Of a stretch of DNA of 64,000 bases, positions 52,231-60,789 are shown in pieces. The stretch is from a virus. Both the position numbers and the translations under genes were made by a program. Location: positions 114,985-178,984 of the IMG/VR virus record IMGVR_UViG_3300044712_002690, one strand, 5' to 3'. Numbering within the stretch: the first letter of the stretch is position 1; each line of letters starts with the position of its first letter. Under the pieces are notes generated by a model. It searched no databases. It had not been told where the DNA came from and saw only the letters and a program-made list of their open reading frames with translations.

Positions 52231-53192
52231 TTAATAAATTCTTCTTCAGTAACTCCTTCTTTATCTTCTACTCGATCTTCAAGATAAGGAGCAACCTCCT
52301 CCAACATGCCTTGCAGCTTATCAGTTACCAAGCAAGTTAAAGTAGTAACAAAGATACTTGTCTCTTGAGGAGACAGTAGCTTCGATACTTTGTCTATAAC
52401 TGCTTTTGGAGTATCGTCTTTGAAAGTCCAGACAGAAGATGAAGCACCAACATTCTTTTTAACAGCTTGAATACTTTTAGCTTCGTCTTCGGGAAGTCTA
52501 CTCAGGTAACCAATTTTAAATGCTTCCTCTAGACTCAATCCTACCCTAACCATTCGAGCGATAGAAATAAGACGTCGAGTAGAAGGAAGTATCGAATAGT
52601 TTCCTTTTCTAATAATTTTAGCAGAATCTAGAAGAGCTTTTGCATCCTCTTTAGTAAGCCCCTCTTCAATAAGAATGTCTGCCTCACGCTTAGTAAAGTT
52701 AAAGTGAACGAATTCAAAACGGTCAATAGATGCTAAGTCAAGTGCATTAGTATTATATTCAACCGAACCCTGCATGTCAGAGTTACCAGTAGCTATAATC
52801 CTAAAGTCCCCGCTAGCAGTAATAACTTCGTTAGTAGCTTCAACAAGAAGTTCTCCTGATTCAAGAACCTCATGAAGTTTAGAAGCTACATCCTCACTAA
52901 CCCTATCAAATTCATCAAGGATAAGAACTTTATTTTCCCTCATTGCTTTAACAAGAGGTCCATAAATGAATTTGGTTTGTTCATCAATCAATTCAAAGTG
53001 ACCGATTAGGTTAGAAGGTTTCATGTCATTAGAACATGAACAAAGAACGTAGTTACCAGGACCAGTCATAATACGAGCAAACGTAGTCTTACCACACCCA
53101 GCAGGGCCAAGCATATAAATGTTAAGTCCTGCCGAATAAAGTTTACGTGCAAGCGCATGTTCCTCTGTTTCATAATACTTATGCTCTTTCAT
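52227..53192 (-). CDS. MoxR-family AAA+ ATPase (CbbQ/NirQ/NorQ-like)
   Basis: Walker A GPAGCGKT, Walker B LILDEFDR, FRIIATGN, LDLASIDRF. Confidence 0.92.
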   Translation of the reverse strand: MKEHKYYETEEHALARKLYSAGLNIYMLGPAGCGKTTFARIMTGPGNYVLCSCSNDMKPSNLIGHFELIDEQTKFIYGPLVKAMRENKVLILDEFDRVSEDVASKLHEVLESGELLVEATNEVITASGDFRIIATGNSDMQGSVEYNTNALDLASIDRFEFVHFNFTKREADILIEEGLTKEDAKALLDSAKIIRKGNYSILPSTRRLISIARMVRVGLSLEEAFKIGYLSRLPEDEAKSIQAVKKNVGASSSVWTFKDDTPKAVIDKVSKLLSPQETSIFVTTLTCLVTDKLQGMLEEVAPYLEDRVEDKEGVTEEEFIK

Positions 53193-53230
53193 CTAAGTCC
53201 TCCTTTGTTAGTTTAAATATATGTATGATG

Positions 53231-53258
53231 AAAAGAATGGGCTAGCGGATGCTAGCCC
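53231..53258 (-). terminator. Intrinsic terminator
   Basis: GGGCTAGC-atcc-GCTAGCCC then ATTCTTTT on the minus strand. Confidence 0.7.
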
Positions 53259-53289
53259 TAGAGATAAAAAACGGAGGAAAAGATGATTA

Positions 53290-53511
53290 TTATGCCTCCC
53301 ATTGAATTGTAGCTATATTGCTTAATGACACTGCTCTCTTTGATTTAGTTACAATATCTCCTTTCTTATTCTTGACCCAGAAGGAGGAGAGAATAATCTT
53401 ATCCTCTTTGATTTTACTGTCTGCATAAACTCCACCACATCGAGATCCATTAACCATTCGGACTGCACATTGCTTACCAAGTTTGTCTTTTGAAAAGAAA
53501 GCTATATCCAT
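53290..53511 (-). CDS. Small Sm/Hfq-like protein (73 aa)
   Basis: LGKQCAVRMVNGSRCGGV...KIILS...AVSLSNIATIQW fits the Sm1/Sm2 pattern; start re-assigned (AGGAGG RBS). Confidence 0.55.
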   Translation of the reverse strand: MDIAFFSKDKLGKQCAVRMVNGSRCGGVYADSKIKEDKIILSSFWVKNKKGDIVTKSKRAVSLSNIATIQWEA

Positions 53512-53521
53512 TTGGTTCCTC

Positions 53522-53890
53522 CTAGAGTTCTTCAATAAGAATTTCTTCTTTGGTTTTAGGGATAACAACCCCTTTAGCTTGAACAGCAGCATTTTCACCG
53601 ACAGCTTTAAAAGCGTCAGTAAGATTGATTTTAGCTGCTTCGTTGAATTTTTCTTGTCCGAATGTTTTAAGGAATTTGTCCTTATCTATCGAACGAGCAT
53701 ATTCAACAATTTTACTAACAAGTTTGTATCCCCTGTCAACAACAACTTGAGCTTCCTTAATGATGTTAATCAGAGCTGCAAGTTCTTTCTTGTCAGCTTC
53801 AATTTCACGACCGAGACGATTATACTCTTCTCGTTTCCTATCAATTTCACGTTGACGACGGAATGCTTCAGCAAGAAGATTTTTACTCAT
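53522..53890 (-). CDS. Coiled-coil hypothetical protein
   Basis: Charged heptad N-terminus; GGAGG RBS. Confidence 0.65.
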   Translation of the reverse strand: MSKNLLAEAFRRQREIDRKREEYNRLGREIEADKKELAALINIIKEAQVVVDRGYKLVSKIVEYARSIDKDKFLKTFGQEKFNEAAKINLTDAFKAVGENAAVQAKGVVIPKTKEEILIEEL

Positions 53891-53956
53891 TTGTAGCCTC
53901 CAATATTTTTATTTAGTCTACATATTAAATATATAATATGCCAATATAAAAAATAA

Positions 53957-54244
53957 CTAAATCTTTTTTACTAAGTCAGATGAAATAAAAAAAGATTCTA
54001 TTTGACTATTACCGCTTATTCTTAAGAAAAAACCATCTTTAAATAATTCTATCTTTTTAGAGGAAGGAATTTTTTGTCCTAAAGTTGCTATCATTCTATC
54101 AGGAATATAAACTTTATATTCAGTTTGAAATCCTTGTCCTTTTTCTTTAACTGCTTCTTCTAAAGTAATAAGTCTAAAGTCTACAAAAGGACTAATAACT
54201 AAATAGAACATATCTCTAATAAATTCTCTAAAGTTTCTAGTCAT
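53957..54244 (-). CDS. Hypothetical protein
   Basis: 95-aa ORF directly downstream of the paralogue array. Confidence 0.55.
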   Translation of the reverse strand: MTRNFREFIRDMFYLVISPFVDFRLITLEEAVKEKGQGFQTEYKVYIPDRMIATLGQKIPSSKKIELFKDGFFLRISGNSQIESFFISSDLVKKI

Positions 54245-54245
54245 A

Positions 54246-54470
54246 TTAATCCTCTGTTATTAGTTCTGGTGTTATTGTCCAGGATCCCCTAATTGTATCT
54301 GTTTGTGATCTTAATCTACTTTTACCATTAGCAAGCATTTCTAAGTAGAATTTGTTTGGGATATGTTGACCAAATAGATGATCTTTACTATTAGACCACG
54401 TCCAAGGTAGTTTATCTCTAAAATCTTCTCCGAATTCTTTTATAAGTTCTTCTTCTGTTTTAAATCTCAT
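54246..54470 (-). CDS. KTEEE-EFG-W / LGQ family paralogue 13
   Basis: MRFKTEEELIKEFGEDFR...HLFGQHIP...WTI; start re-assigned. Confidence 0.8.
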   Translation of the reverse strand: MRFKTEEELIKEFGEDFRDKLPWTWSNSKDHLFGQHIPNKFYLEMLANGKSRLRSQTDTIRGSWTITPELITED

Positions 54471-54474
54471 ATAT

Positions 54475-54687
54475 TTAATCCTCTGCAATAATAGACTTAT
54501 TAATCCACCACCTACCACGATTACATTTAATTTCTGTCTTACCTGTTTGTTGTAAACGACGTTCTATTACTTTTGGTACAGGTTGTCCTAGTAAATAATC
54601 CATTTCTCCATGTTGATTCATAATACTATATATTCTCCAATTTCTACCATGACTTTTTATCATTTCTTTTTCTGTTTTAAATCTCAT
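54475..54687 (-). CDS. KTEEE-EFG-W / LGQ family paralogue 12
   Basis: MRFKTEKEMIKSHGRNWR...MDYLLGQPVP...WWI. Confidence 0.8.
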   Translation of the reverse strand: MRFKTEKEMIKSHGRNWRIYSIMNQHGEMDYLLGQPVPKVIERRLQQTGKTEIKCNRGRWWINKSIIAED

Positions 54688-54688
54688 A

Positions 54689-54904
54689 TTACTCCTCCGT
54701 TGTCATGTCACGTGAAATACTCCACGAACCTTCCATTTGTGATCTAATTGTTACCCAAGGAAATTTTTTAAGTACCTTTGCTTTTGAAGGAGGAAGTGTT
54801 TGACCAAGAAGATAATCCATTGCTTTAGGAAACGAACATTCTACTTTATTCCTCCAATTTCTGCCAAATTCTTTTTTCATTTCCTTTTCAGTCTTTACTC
54901 TCAT
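54689..54904 (-). CDS. KTEEE-EFG-W / LGQ family paralogue 11
   Basis: MRVKTEKEMKKEFGRNWR...MDYLLGQ...WSI. Confidence 0.8.
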   Translation of the reverse strand: MRVKTEKEMKKEFGRNWRNKVECSFPKAMDYLLGQTLPPSKAKVLKKFPWVTIRSQMEGSWSISRDMTTEE

Positions 54905-55151
54905 CTTGTACCTCTTTTATAAAGTAGAATGGAAAAGCGTACCCATCCCTTCCTCCATTAGCATTAGTTTGATGTGAGATAATTTTATATTTGCCTTCCC
55001 TGTAAGTCTCTATGTCATGGTTAGCAATACGTTGTCCAAGAAAAACATCTTTTTCTGGTTTCCATCTAATTCCAACCCTGCTCTTAAACACTTCTCTCCA
55101 ATCTATTCCAAATTCTAATATAAGTTCTTCTTCAGATTTTATTATCCACAT
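54888..55151 (-). CDS. KTEEE-EFG-W / LGQ family paralogue 10
   Basis: MWIIKSEEELILEFGIDWR...FLGQRIANH. Confidence 0.8.
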   Translation of the reverse strand: MWIIKSEEELILEFGIDWREVFKSRVGIRWKPEKDVFLGQRIANHDIETYREGKYKIISHQTNANGGRDGYAFPFYFIKEVQDESKD

Positions 55152-55392
55152 CTGATATCTCCTTTATCATATATCTTGGAATTAGCCACTCACCATTATC
55201 TATTCTCCATCTATTATTTACAAAAACTTGATGTCTAAATTGTATATATCTATCATCAGAATCTACTCTAAAATGATTTAATATTCGTTGACCAAGTAAC
55301 CATTCTTTATCTGGTTCCCAAAAGTGATCTTGATTTCTCCAATTCTTTCCAAATTCTTTAACCATCTCTTCATCTGTTTTTATGAATTTCAT
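55132..55392 (-). CDS. KTEEE-EFG-W / LGQ family paralogue 9
   Basis: MKFIKTDEEMVKEFGKNWR...LLGQRILNH. Confidence 0.8.
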   Translation of the reverse strand: MKFIKTDEEMVKEFGKNWRNQDHFWEPDKEWLLGQRILNHFRVDSDDRYIQFRHQVFVNNRWRIDNGEWLIPRYMIKEISDVDNKI

Positions 55393-55437
55393 TTCTTTTT
55401 GCTCCTACATCTTTTCCTTTTTCGTAGGCATGTATTT

Positions 55438-55671
55438 CTAGCGTATTTCGTCATCCTTTACCATATATGGATAAATAGTCCACGACTCCCTCTCTTCCCA
55501 AGTTTGGCTTCTAAGTCTTATGGTGTTATTATTTATTAGAGATTGTGCAAATTTATCAGGAACTTTTATTCCAAAAAGATAATTCATTTCGGGTATTTTC
55601 CAATCAACACTATTTCTCCATTGTTCTCCATATTCGTTTATGAATTCTTCTTCAGTTTTGAACCTCAACAT
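55438..55671 (-). CDS. KTEEE-EFG-W / LGQ family paralogue 8
   Basis: MLRFKTEEEFINEYGEQWR...MNYLFGIKVP...WTI. Confidence 0.8.
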   Translation of the reverse strand: MLRFKTEEEFINEYGEQWRNSVDWKIPEMNYLFGIKVPDKFAQSLINNNTIRLRSQTWEERESWTIYPYMVKDDEIR

Positions 55672-55936
55672 ATTCAACCTCCTTAATCATATATTTTGGA
55701 AGTAACCATTGACAAGCTTCTGAATTAGAAAAAATACCATTAAGACTAAGACCAAACATACGAAATCTAGCAACTATCCTATTTGGATCTGTTCTACTCG
55801 ATCCTATGCAATGGTTAGGTATCCTTTGACCAAGAATTATTTCTTTACTTGCTTTCCATTTAACATCTGCTTTGCGCCAATTTTCTCCAAATTCTTTTAC
55901 CATTTCCTCATTGGTCTTTACTATGTATATTTTCAT
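55652..55936 (-). CDS. KTEEE-EFG-W / LGQ family paralogue 7
   Basis: MKIYIVKTNEEMVKEFGENWR...ILGQRIPNH. Confidence 0.8.
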   Translation of the reverse strand: MKIYIVKTNEEMVKEFGENWRKADVKWKASKEIILGQRIPNHCIGSSRTDPNRIVARFRMFGLSLNGIFSNSEACQWLLPKYMIKEVEYVEVQN

Positions 55937-55939
55937 ATA

Positions 55940-56194
55940 TTAATCCTCTACATCAACCTGAATGATTATTTTATTATTTACAAAACTTGCACAAGGAGAG
56001 GAGCTACATATCTGAGTATTCCAACCGCTTGAACCATACCTAAAAAATTTTGTAATAACTCGTTCCGGGATTCGTTGACCCAAATAGGAGGAAAGCATTT
56101 GTCGACTATGACTACATGAGAACGCACTAGTAGACCAATTGTCTCCAAATTCTGATATAAGTTCTTCTTTAGTTTTAAATCTATATATTTTCAT
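55940..56194 (-). CDS. KTEEE-EFG-W / LGQ family paralogue 6
   Basis: MKIYRFKTKEELISEFGDNW...YLGQRIP. Confidence 0.8.
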   Translation of the reverse strand: MKIYRFKTKEELISEFGDNWSTSAFSCSHSRQMLSSYLGQRIPERVITKFFRYGSSGWNTQICSSSPCASFVNNKIIIQVDVED

Positions 56195-56418
56195 ATCTCC
56201 TCCTCTACAAGAAACGTTCTTCTAATAGCCCATAGATCCATTTGACTTCTCCAAGGTACCACACCCTGTTTCCCGTCTATAAGTAATTTTTTAATTCTAG
56301 ATGGGCACCTTTGTCCTAAAAGGTGATCTTTTAATATATTACTTCCCCAATTTCGTCTCCAACCTTCACCAAACTCTTTTTCAAATTCTTCCTTAGTTTT
56401 AATTCTATATATTTTCAT
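56191..56418 (-). CDS. KTEEE-EFG-W / LGQ family paralogue 5
   Basis: MKIYRIKTKEEFEKEFGEGWR...HLLGQRCP. Confidence 0.8.
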   Translation of the reverse strand: MKIYRIKTKEEFEKEFGEGWRRNWGSNILKDHLLGQRCPSRIKKLLIDGKQGVVPWRSQMDLWAIRRTFLVEEEI

Positions 56419-56660
56419 ATGTTTTCCTCTACAAGGAGTTTTTTAACAACACACCAGCTTCCATCATGCCCTGGCATTGAAGTGTACTCTTTGGTTTTTA
56501 AATCTTCTACAATTCTTGGTGTAACACGTTGACCAAGTAGGTGATTTTTACCATCAGACAATATCCAACAAGCTGGATCATTTCTCCATAACACACGTTT
56601 CCAATCCTCTCCAAAATCCTTAATCATCTCTTCTTCAGTTTTAAATCTATATATTTTCAT
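56415..56660 (-). CDS. KTEEE-EFG-W / LGQ family paralogue 4
   Basis: MKIYRFKTEEEMIKDFGEDWK...HLLGQRV. Confidence 0.8.
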   Translation of the reverse strand: MKIYRFKTEEEMIKDFGEDWKRVLWRNDPACWILSDGKNHLLGQRVTPRIVEDLKTKEYTSMPGHDGSWCVVKKLLVEENI

Positions 56661-56670
56661 AACCTATTCC

Positions 56671-57168
56671 TTAATGAAGTTTTTCAAGAAGTTTCTTTAT
56701 CTTATGTATATCACCTGTCTTCTTGAGTTTGTTGATGTCATTAATCATTTTCGTAATACGTTTATCTTCAGGAATAATTTGTTTAGGTAATGGTGCTGCT
56801 ATTTGATATACTTTTTGTATACAAGACAAACAAATATTCATATAAAATCCACTAATACCTGATTCATAATGAAGAAATGCTTCACCTTTAAGTACAGGAG
56901 TATCACAACAGGAACAACTCCTTCTATTAGATTTAGCAAGAATAAAAGGTCTTATATCAACTGTAGTAGAAGGACTATGTGTCTGTAGATATCTACTATT
57001 TTCATTTAATTTACTTAAGCAACTAGAACAAATCGTTGCTCCTGATTTAGACTGTATGGGGTATCTAAGATATAGGCAAAGATCATTTTTCACTACAGGT
57101 TGGCTACAATGCCAACATTTAGTTTTCTTTGCAGAGTAAGTAACTAAGTTATTTAATATGATAGACAT
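56671..57168 (-). CDS. Protein with two tandem zinc-finger repeats
   Basis: CWHC..PVVK.D...ICSSCL and CSCC..PVLKGE...ICLSCI. Confidence 0.65.
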   Translation of the reverse strand: MSIILNNLVTYSAKKTKCWHCSQPVVKNDLCLYLRYPIQSKSGATICSSCLSKLNENSRYLQTHSPSTTVDIRPFILAKSNRRSCSCCDTPVLKGEAFLHYESGISGFYMNICLSCIQKVYQIAAPLPKQIIPEDKRITKMINDINKLKKTGDIHKIKKLLEKLH

Positions 57169-57185
57169 ATATCACCTCCAGCTCT

Positions 57186-57386
57186 TTATACATCCTCTTC
57201 TACAATATCTTTATCAGTAAATGTATACATGTAAGGATGTTGACTCCTCCATCTATATACTCCGTAATTATCCTTAGTAGATAAAACATGATTAGGAATT
57301 CGTTGACCGAATAACCCGAACTCATGATTTGGATTACACATTTGATTCTTTTTCTCTTCCATTGTGACAAGTCTTTTTATTTTCAT
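57186..57386 (-). CDS. KTEEE / LGQ family paralogue 3 (degenerate N-terminus)
   Basis: MKIKRLVTMEE...LFGQRIPNH...WRSQ...IVEEDV. Confidence 0.7.
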   Translation of the reverse strand: MKIKRLVTMEEKKNQMCNPNHEFGLFGQRIPNHVLSTKDNYGVYRWRSQHPYMYTFTDKDIVEEDV

Positions 57387-57595
57387 ATATCTTCCTCTTT
57401 CTTAAGAAAGTTCCTATGAATAATTACATTATGAGCATTCGTTCTAAGTACAAATTGACCACTGAGTGTAAGTAAGGAAAGAATTGGAATCCTTTGACCA
57501 GAACGTATAATAATCCAACTAGGTATTAGTATCTTCCAATTCTTTCCATAATCTTTTTCAAATTCTTCTTCTGTCTTAATTCGATACCATGGCAT
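57383..57595 (-). CDS. KTEEE / LGQ family paralogue 2
   Basis: MPWYRIKTEEEFEKDYGKNWK...SGQRIP. Confidence 0.75.
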   Translation of the reverse strand: MPWYRIKTEEEFEKDYGKNWKILIPSWIIIRSGQRIPILSLLTLSGQFVLRTNAHNVIIHRNFLKKEEDI

Positions 57596-57597
57596 AT

Positions 57598-57873
57598 CTA
57601 ACCCCCGCATCCAGTAGCAAAGTAGTTATACTTTTTAAACCCTTCCTCATGCGTCCAAGTAATTAGGAATCGTCCGATACCGAACATCGTTTCTCTACCA
57701 ACTTGAATAATAATTCCTGCGTCCGACTTACAATTAGGAAGAAGATGAATGTTCCACTCAACTCCTACATTCCCTCGTTCTTTTATAAGACGAGGAGCTT
57801 CCAAACGAATCGGCCAAGGTTTATTAAAAGTAAGATATACACAACCATTAGAATATTTGTTAATCATTTTCAT
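57598..57873 (-). CDS. Hypothetical protein
   Basis: 91-aa ORF with GGAGG RBS. Confidence 0.55.
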   Translation of the reverse strand: MKMINKYSNGCVYLTFNKPWPIRLEAPRLIKERGNVGVEWNIHLLPNCKSDAGIIIQVGRETMFGIGRFLITWTHEEGFKKYNYFATGCGG

Positions 57874-57933
57874 CCTCCCAAAATCTTTAATTTTATCATT
57901 AAGAGCTTTTCTTAAAAAGCTTCTTTCTGATTG

Positions 57934-58131
57934 CTACCTTTTTACTTTCCTAGCAGCCACTCCAGCCTTAGCGAAATTCATTCGCTTATATTCAATCCAT
58001 CCTTTTTTAATCAATACACCAACAAGATAATTAACTGAACGATCTTGCATTGATGCTTCTTGTTCAATCTCTTTTGCTATAGACTCTTCAATAGAACCAA
58101 AAAGTTGTTTTCGTTTTTCGGGTATAGGCAT
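57934..58131 (-). CDS. Ribbon-helix-helix (Arc/CopG-like) DNA-binding protein
   Basis: QLFGSIEESIAKEIEQEASMQDRSVNYLVGVLI; start re-assigned to MPIPEK. Confidence 0.65.
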   Translation of the reverse strand: MPIPEKRKQLFGSIEESIAKEIEQEASMQDRSVNYLVGVLIKKGWIEYKRMNFAKAGVAARKVKR

Positions 58132-58136
58132 AATTA

Positions 58137-58355
58137 TTACTCCTTTATTTCCTCTTCGATAATATCTCGTACATCTATCCACCACTTACCACCATTAACA
58201 TTAAACCAAATGCGCTGCAATGGTCCATATTCATGTTTAGTAGCCCACACTGCGTTAGATACTCTTTGTCCTACCCAAGGTGCTAAAGACAGATTACCAT
58301 GAGTATAACTTCTTTTTGTTAATTCCTCTCTTGTTTTAACTCTTCTAATTATCAT
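58137..58355 (-). CDS. KTEEE / LGQ family paralogue 1
   Basis: MIIRRVKTREEL...WVGQRV...WWI...IIEEEI. Confidence 0.7.
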   Translation of the reverse strand: MIIRRVKTREELTKRSYTHGNLSLAPWVGQRVSNAVWATKHEYGPLQRIWFNVNGGKWWIDVRDIIEEEIKE

Positions 58356-58356
58356 T

Positions 58357-59496
58357 TTAATCTCCACCAGCTTTAAAGTTATAGATAGGCTTCATAACAA
58401 ACTCAATATCAACTGTATCCTGGATAGCAGAGATAATAAGTTCCTTATCTTTATATACCATAGGAGATTCATCTAATGTATCTTGATTAACACAAGAGGT
58501 ATAAATCCCATCCATAGACTTTTGAAAGTCTTCTAATACTATAACTTCTTTAGCTTTCTTTCTAGATAGAATACGACCTGCACCATGAGGAGCAGAATAA
58601 TTCCAATCTTTATTTCCTTTACCAGTTCCGATAATAACACCGTCACGCATGTTAAGGGGAATAATAACTCTTTCTCCCTCTTGTGCAGAAATAGCTCCTT
58701 TACGAATGATATTATCTTTTCCAATATAATTATGAACACATTCAATTGCAGGTGCAATAGATTTTATATTGAAGAACTTAGTAAGAATAGTACGTAGGAT
58801 CATATCTCGATTACGTTCAGCATACCATTGAGCAACACGCATGCTATTAAGATATTCGGTACCTCCATTATTAAGAGGTAGGAATTCAAGATTCTTATAA
58901 GCGTCTCCAATGAACATTTCATTCATTAGCGCCTTAGCTTTTTTTTGATAGTAATCACATACTTTCAATCCGAAGTTACGTGAACCAGTATGGATAACCA
59001 ACCAATTTTGTCCCTCATGATGATCAATCTCAATAAAGTGATTACCTCCACCAAGAGTTCCAAGCGACCTTTCGGCAAGGCCAGGAGTTTGTTCTACTCT
59101 ATTCGCTACTTGAATAACTTTACCTATTCCATATTCATACCCACTATTCTTTAAATACTCTTTTAACTCTTTCTCATTAGCATGAGTAGCGAACCCAGCA
59201 GGAATATTATTCTTAATAAACTCATCGAACTTCTCAAGATTAGTTTCAGGAATAGGATACATTAGCATACCACACCCAATATCAACTCCTACAATATTAG
59301 GTATGACATAGTTATTGAGAGTCATAGTAAAACCAATAACAGAACCTTTACCTGCATGAGTATCAGGCATAATACGAATACTAGTATTAGCAAAGGCAGG
59401 ATGATTCAAGAAGGAATAAATTTGTGAAACAGTTTCAGGATCAATTACATCTATGTAAACTTTAGCTACATTATACTTACCTTTGTATACTAGCAT
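58357..59496 (-). CDS. rtcB: RtcB RNA ligase
   Basis: MPDTHAGKG, VGVDIGCG, LGTLGGGNHFIE, HTGSR, HNY, HGAGR, DESP..YK. Confidence 0.95.
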   Translation of the reverse strand: MLVYKGKYNVAKVYIDVIDPETVSQIYSFLNHPAFANTSIRIMPDTHAGKGSVIGFTMTLNNYVIPNIVGVDIGCGMLMYPIPETNLEKFDEFIKNNIPAGFATHANEKELKEYLKNSGYEYGIGKVIQVANRVEQTPGLAERSLGTLGGGNHFIEIDHHEGQNWLVIHTGSRNFGLKVCDYYQKKAKALMNEMFIGDAYKNLEFLPLNNGGTEYLNSMRVAQWYAERNRDMILRTILTKFFNIKSIAPAIECVHNYIGKDNIIRKGAISAQEGERVIIPLNMRDGVIIGTGKGNKDWNYSAPHGAGRILSRKKAKEVIVLEDFQKSMDGIYTSCVNQDTLDESPMVYKDKELIISAIQDTVDIEFVMKPIYNFKAGGD

Positions 59497-59514
59497 GCTT
59501 CCTCCTGCTTTGTA

Positions 59515-59730
59515 TCAACTAATTTGAATTTTAACTTCCTTACCCTCATTCTTTTGATTCCTGCTAATCCATAAACAAAATTTCTCACCAAGAATAATTT
59601 CAATAGCTACCATTACTCTACTTTTAAACGATGACCTACTACATGTCAATATAGCAAAATTATATACAGACTTTTGTGTATCGCTATCAGCACTATCCAT
59701 AAACTTAATAAACTTATCTGTTATAATCAT
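59515..59730 (-). CDS. Hypothetical protein
   Basis: 71-aa ORF with AGGAGG RBS. Confidence 0.5.
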   Translation of the reverse strand: MIITDKFIKFMDSADSDTQKSVYNFAILTCSRSSFKSRVMVAIEIILGEKFCLWISRNQKNEGKEVKIQIS

Positions 59731-59741
59731 CGTACTACCTC

Positions 59742-60488
59742 CTACAATACTTTAACATCGAATGTCTGGCAGACATATTCGATAAGAGCTTTTTGATAAG
59801 CTTCTCTTGTTTTTGTTCTTGCCATACCAGGAGCAGAGTTTACTTCGAATATCCACCATTCACCAGTAAAGTAATTAACCCCAAGATCAACAGCCCCAAA
59901 TACAAGACCACAAGCTTTAACTGCTCTTACACAATCTTCTGTAATGTCTTTACCAAACTCGATATTAGTATCTTCGTATTTATAACCATGATCAAGATTT
60001 CGTATCCATTCCCTTCCAGCAGATTTAGTTTTAGGAACTTTAACTGTCTTATAGAAAATCTTATCTCCTATAACATGAACACGAAATTCAAGATTACAAT
60101 GAATCATCTTCTCGAAATAAGCTCCACGATGTTTCTTTCTAAGATCCTTATACCTATTGATACGCTCCATTCCAACTCCGCAAGAATGTTCTCTCTTTTT
60201 TAATACTAAAGGACATTCTTGCTCACCAGGAAAATAATCGAAGAAAGCAGGAGAGGATACGCCAGCCTCTCCAAAAGCTTTCTTCATTTTAATCTTATCA
60301 ACACACATCTTAATTCCTTCGATAGGATTAAGATCAATTTCTTTTCTTTCATACTGTGTAGCTCCGAAACGGAAATACACTTGTTTATTAAGAAAAGGAA
60401 ATTGAAGCTGCTTATGTGTATCATGGGGACTTATTATGATTGGCGTATACATTTCTTGTTTTCTAGTAAACAATTTAAAGATATTCAT
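59742..60488 (-). CDS. ATP-grasp amidoligase (RimK-like, phiEco32-type)
   Basis: DKIKMK...EFRVHV...IRN...GAVD...FEVNSAPGM. Confidence 0.85.
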   Translation of the reverse strand: MNIFKLFTRKQEMYTPIIISPHDTHKQLQFPFLNKQVYFRFGATQYERKEIDLNPIEGIKMCVDKIKMKKAFGEAGVSSPAFFDYFPGEQECPLVLKKREHSCGVGMERINRYKDLRKKHRGAYFEKMIHCNLEFRVHVIGDKIFYKTVKVPKTKSAGREWIRNLDHGYKYEDTNIEFGKDITEDCVRAVKACGLVFGAVDLGVNYFTGEWWIFEVNSAPGMARTKTREAYQKALIEYVCQTFDVKVL

Positions 60489-60789
60489 AATATTCCTTCT
60501 TAATTTTATCTTCTAGATCTTTCCAGATCTGATTAAAAGATTCATTATGAAGAGCGTCCCCTTGAACAACATGAGCAGCTTCATGTGCAAGAGCTTTAAT
60601 CGTTTTATCTAATGTCTTAACTAGATGAGCATTAAGCAAAAATTCTGCATTGCTAGGGTTAAAGACAACCGATGATATTGCTTGCTCATCTGTCTTATAA
60701 AACTTGTGAGTTGTGAGAGTAATGAAACAAGGTCTCTCACAAATTGTATAAAGAATTGCTTCGAGCCTTGTCCATTTGATTTTAGTCAT
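60475..60789 (-). CDS. Small zincin-like metallopeptidase
   Basis: LAHEAAHVV...H..SFNQIW. Confidence 0.6.
   Translation of the reverse strand: MTKIKWTRLEAILYTICERPCFITLTTHKFYKTDEQAISSVVFNPSNAEFLLNAHLVKTLDKTIKALAHEAAHVVQGDALHNESFNQIWKDLEDKIKKEYYEYL

Noticed and set aside
54246-58355. CRISPR array or non-coding repeat array
   Set aside because: Repeats are degenerate, coincide with gene starts and encode conserved protein motifs; no constant repeat-spacer periodicity; no cas genes
58357-59496. Intein or intron in RtcB
   Set aside because: All RtcB motifs are contiguous in a compact 379-aa frame; no intein motifs seen
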